A stretch of 64,000 bases of DNA from Geosiphon pyriformis uo1 (lineage: Eukaryota; Fungi; Glomeromycota), in assembly GCA_016748015.1 (NCBI GenBank), contig JAAOMT010000617.1, positions 566,635-630,634 on the forward strand, read 5' to 3'. A model generated the notes under the pieces. The model made no database searches. It worked only from the letters and a program-made list of their open reading frames with translations, and was not told the DNA's origin. Within the stretch, counting starts at the first letter, position 1. Each line of letters starts with the position of its first letter. Position numbers and translations under genes: made by a program. Shown here in pieces: positions 62,101 to 64,000 of the stretch.

Positions 62101-63593
62101 AATAAATTCTTTAGTCAGTGGAAAGAACTCTTTATAGTCAACAAAGTTTTGAACAATGATTCTTATATTCTTTAAAATCAATCTGGAACAATCTTTAAAG
62201 ATTGTCCTGTTCATGATACATGACTCAAAAAATATTATAAACAACCTGATTGGCTGCTTGTTGTGGTAATACCAACTCAATTGATTAGCAAAAATCAAGT
62301 ATAAATAAATGCACCATTCCCAAAACAGAGGTATCTTCAATTGACATGAACAATTATTTTCTGGATTAAAACATTCAAAATGCTTTCTATACTTTTCATA
62401 AATATTGGATCAAAAACTATCCAAATGCTACTCTAATCATTAGAAAACAAACCACCATAATTGATAACAGTGGAACACATACTGTTATTAGACCAAAGAA
62501 AACTACTACCAGAAAAGAAAAAATTGGTAGTAAAATAGATAAATATCTGTTGGAAAGTATAACAACAGCTATACTCCTACCTTCCAATACAATTGAAAAA
62601 ACACTCCAAGAAATCTTACCCATAGACAAAAACTTGTCATATGGAAAGCAATTAGAACTCTATGATTGCTTTGGTGAAATTATAGAGAATAAGAAACTCA
62701 TAAAGAAAACAACTTTAGAGATACAGGCAGAAATTTTGGGCATTATATGATTAGATGTCCCAAAAGTTTTAACTATTGCTAAAAGAGCCAAAACTCTAAT
62801 ACAAAGATTTGGTCTCTTGAATACAAAACTCATTTTGCCTCAAGTATTATATATCTTATCTACAAAAAACTTTAATAAACTAGTTAGCTTTAAGTTAGAT
62901 AAAACCCTTCAAATAGATTACACTATAAATATGATTTTGCCAGAGCTCAATCTCTTTGGAGAGGATAATATTATGGTTGAAACTTATACTTCTTATTAAT
63001 TATCATATGTATTAGCCACTAATGTCATATAAATTAGCCACTCTATTTTTAGAAAGTGATCATTGACCTGATTATTAATCTAGTTGTTGATCTGATTATT
63101 GACCACTTTTGATAGCTATATAAGTGATAAATCTCTTAGCTGTAGAAAAGCATGTAGAAATAAAAAAAATAAAATAACAACTTTCATCTCAATTATTTTT
63201 TTATTGCTAATTTCTCTTTCCCTACCTTTAAGTATTCAAACATTTTAAGATAAAAAATTACTTGTTGGTTATTTCTTACCCTTTTCTTGAATAAAACATG
63301 ACTGAAGAGTACATCTGATACTTGCTATTAAATTCTAAAAGTGCTAATGTGAGGCATAGAATTATACCAAGTGTAATTATTTGTTAACAGTACAGACTAT
63401 CTCTCTACTTTCAGATTCCCTGGTTATTTTTGAAAAGTACAGCAACTAAGATATTTTATGAGACTGATCTTACACATTGAATCTATACTTATTCAATTTG
63501 CTCTTTGAAGTTGAATTCTCTTTGATTCTTTTTATTACCCTATAATTCTGTTTTCTCTTGCTATTCATTAGCTTGTTACTTCAATCTGTAACA
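56173..63593 (+). mobile_element. Gy-H: near full-length gypsy element; a ~210-bp deletion removes the U5 end, PBS and gag start
   Basis: TSD ATAT at 56169-56172 and 63594-63597. 5' LTR at 56173-~56741, 3' LTR at 62969-63593. gag, pol and ORF3 remnants at 56742-62999. Confidence 0.93.
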
Positions 63594-63597
63594 ATAT

Positions 63598-64000
63598 TTT
63601 CTTATTTTTTTGTTTTAATTTTTTTTATATTATTAAGTAATTTATATTTAAAATTTTTTTAAAAAAATTAACTTTTACAGCAAAGTAAGTACATATTATT
63701 TTAAAGAACTTATAAACAAGATTTTTTTATAAAAAAGTTTGATTTTTACTATAAAATAATTATATAAATAATTAATGTAAAATTGGTTATTCTATTATAA
63801 ATTTAATAATATATACAATCTAAAGTATAAAAAATACTTTAAAAAAAGAATTAGTTTACAGTAAAATTAATAACAAAATAGCATTAATAATATTAAGAAA
63901 AAGATAAAAATTTTTTTGGTAATAATATTCATATTTTAATAACTTTTAAATATATTTTTTTAAAGATAATAATTGCTTTATATACTTGATTTAAAAAATT
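63598..64000. other. Extremely AT-rich non-coding sequence, contiguous with 56019-56172 before the Gy-H insertion
   Basis: Base composition; the two pieces are joined by the ATAT TSD. Confidence 0.6.

Overview
The window contains no recognisable host genes. It is a eukaryotic, most likely fungal, stack of nested retrotransposons. The proteins resemble Glomeromycotina/Mucoromycota TE proteins, but that is from memory and unverified. Four element types account for about 99% of it. (1) A LINE with ORF1 (RRM-like domains + CCHC knuckle) and ORF2 (APE endonuclease, RT, RNase H, Zn finger), present as L-a 1-5226(-), L-b 5227-19099(+) and full-length L-c 7498-15557(-). (2) Four full-length copies (H1-H4) of a ~2.45 kb poly(A)-tailed, TSD-flanked element that encodes only an ORF1-like protein but carries the LINE's 3' tail, i.e. 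a HAL1/HeT-A-like non-autonomous partner. (3) Eight copies or fragments (Gy-A to Gy-H) plus a solo LTR of one Ty3/gypsy family with 4-bp TSDs, a TTTAAAC -1 frameshift, a Cys-rich insert between protease and RT, and a third non-env ORF. (4) A 983-bp solo LTR of a second family. TSDs resolve up to seven nesting levels. The main candidates for novelty are the ORF1-only element system, split sequences in the gypsy LTR complementary to the anticodon, variable and D arms of elongator tRNA-Met (apparently extending the PBS), and position-matched LTR similarity between two inverted gypsy copies. All copies are degraded by C>T/G>A transitions. Coordinates were read by eye and may be off by a few bases.
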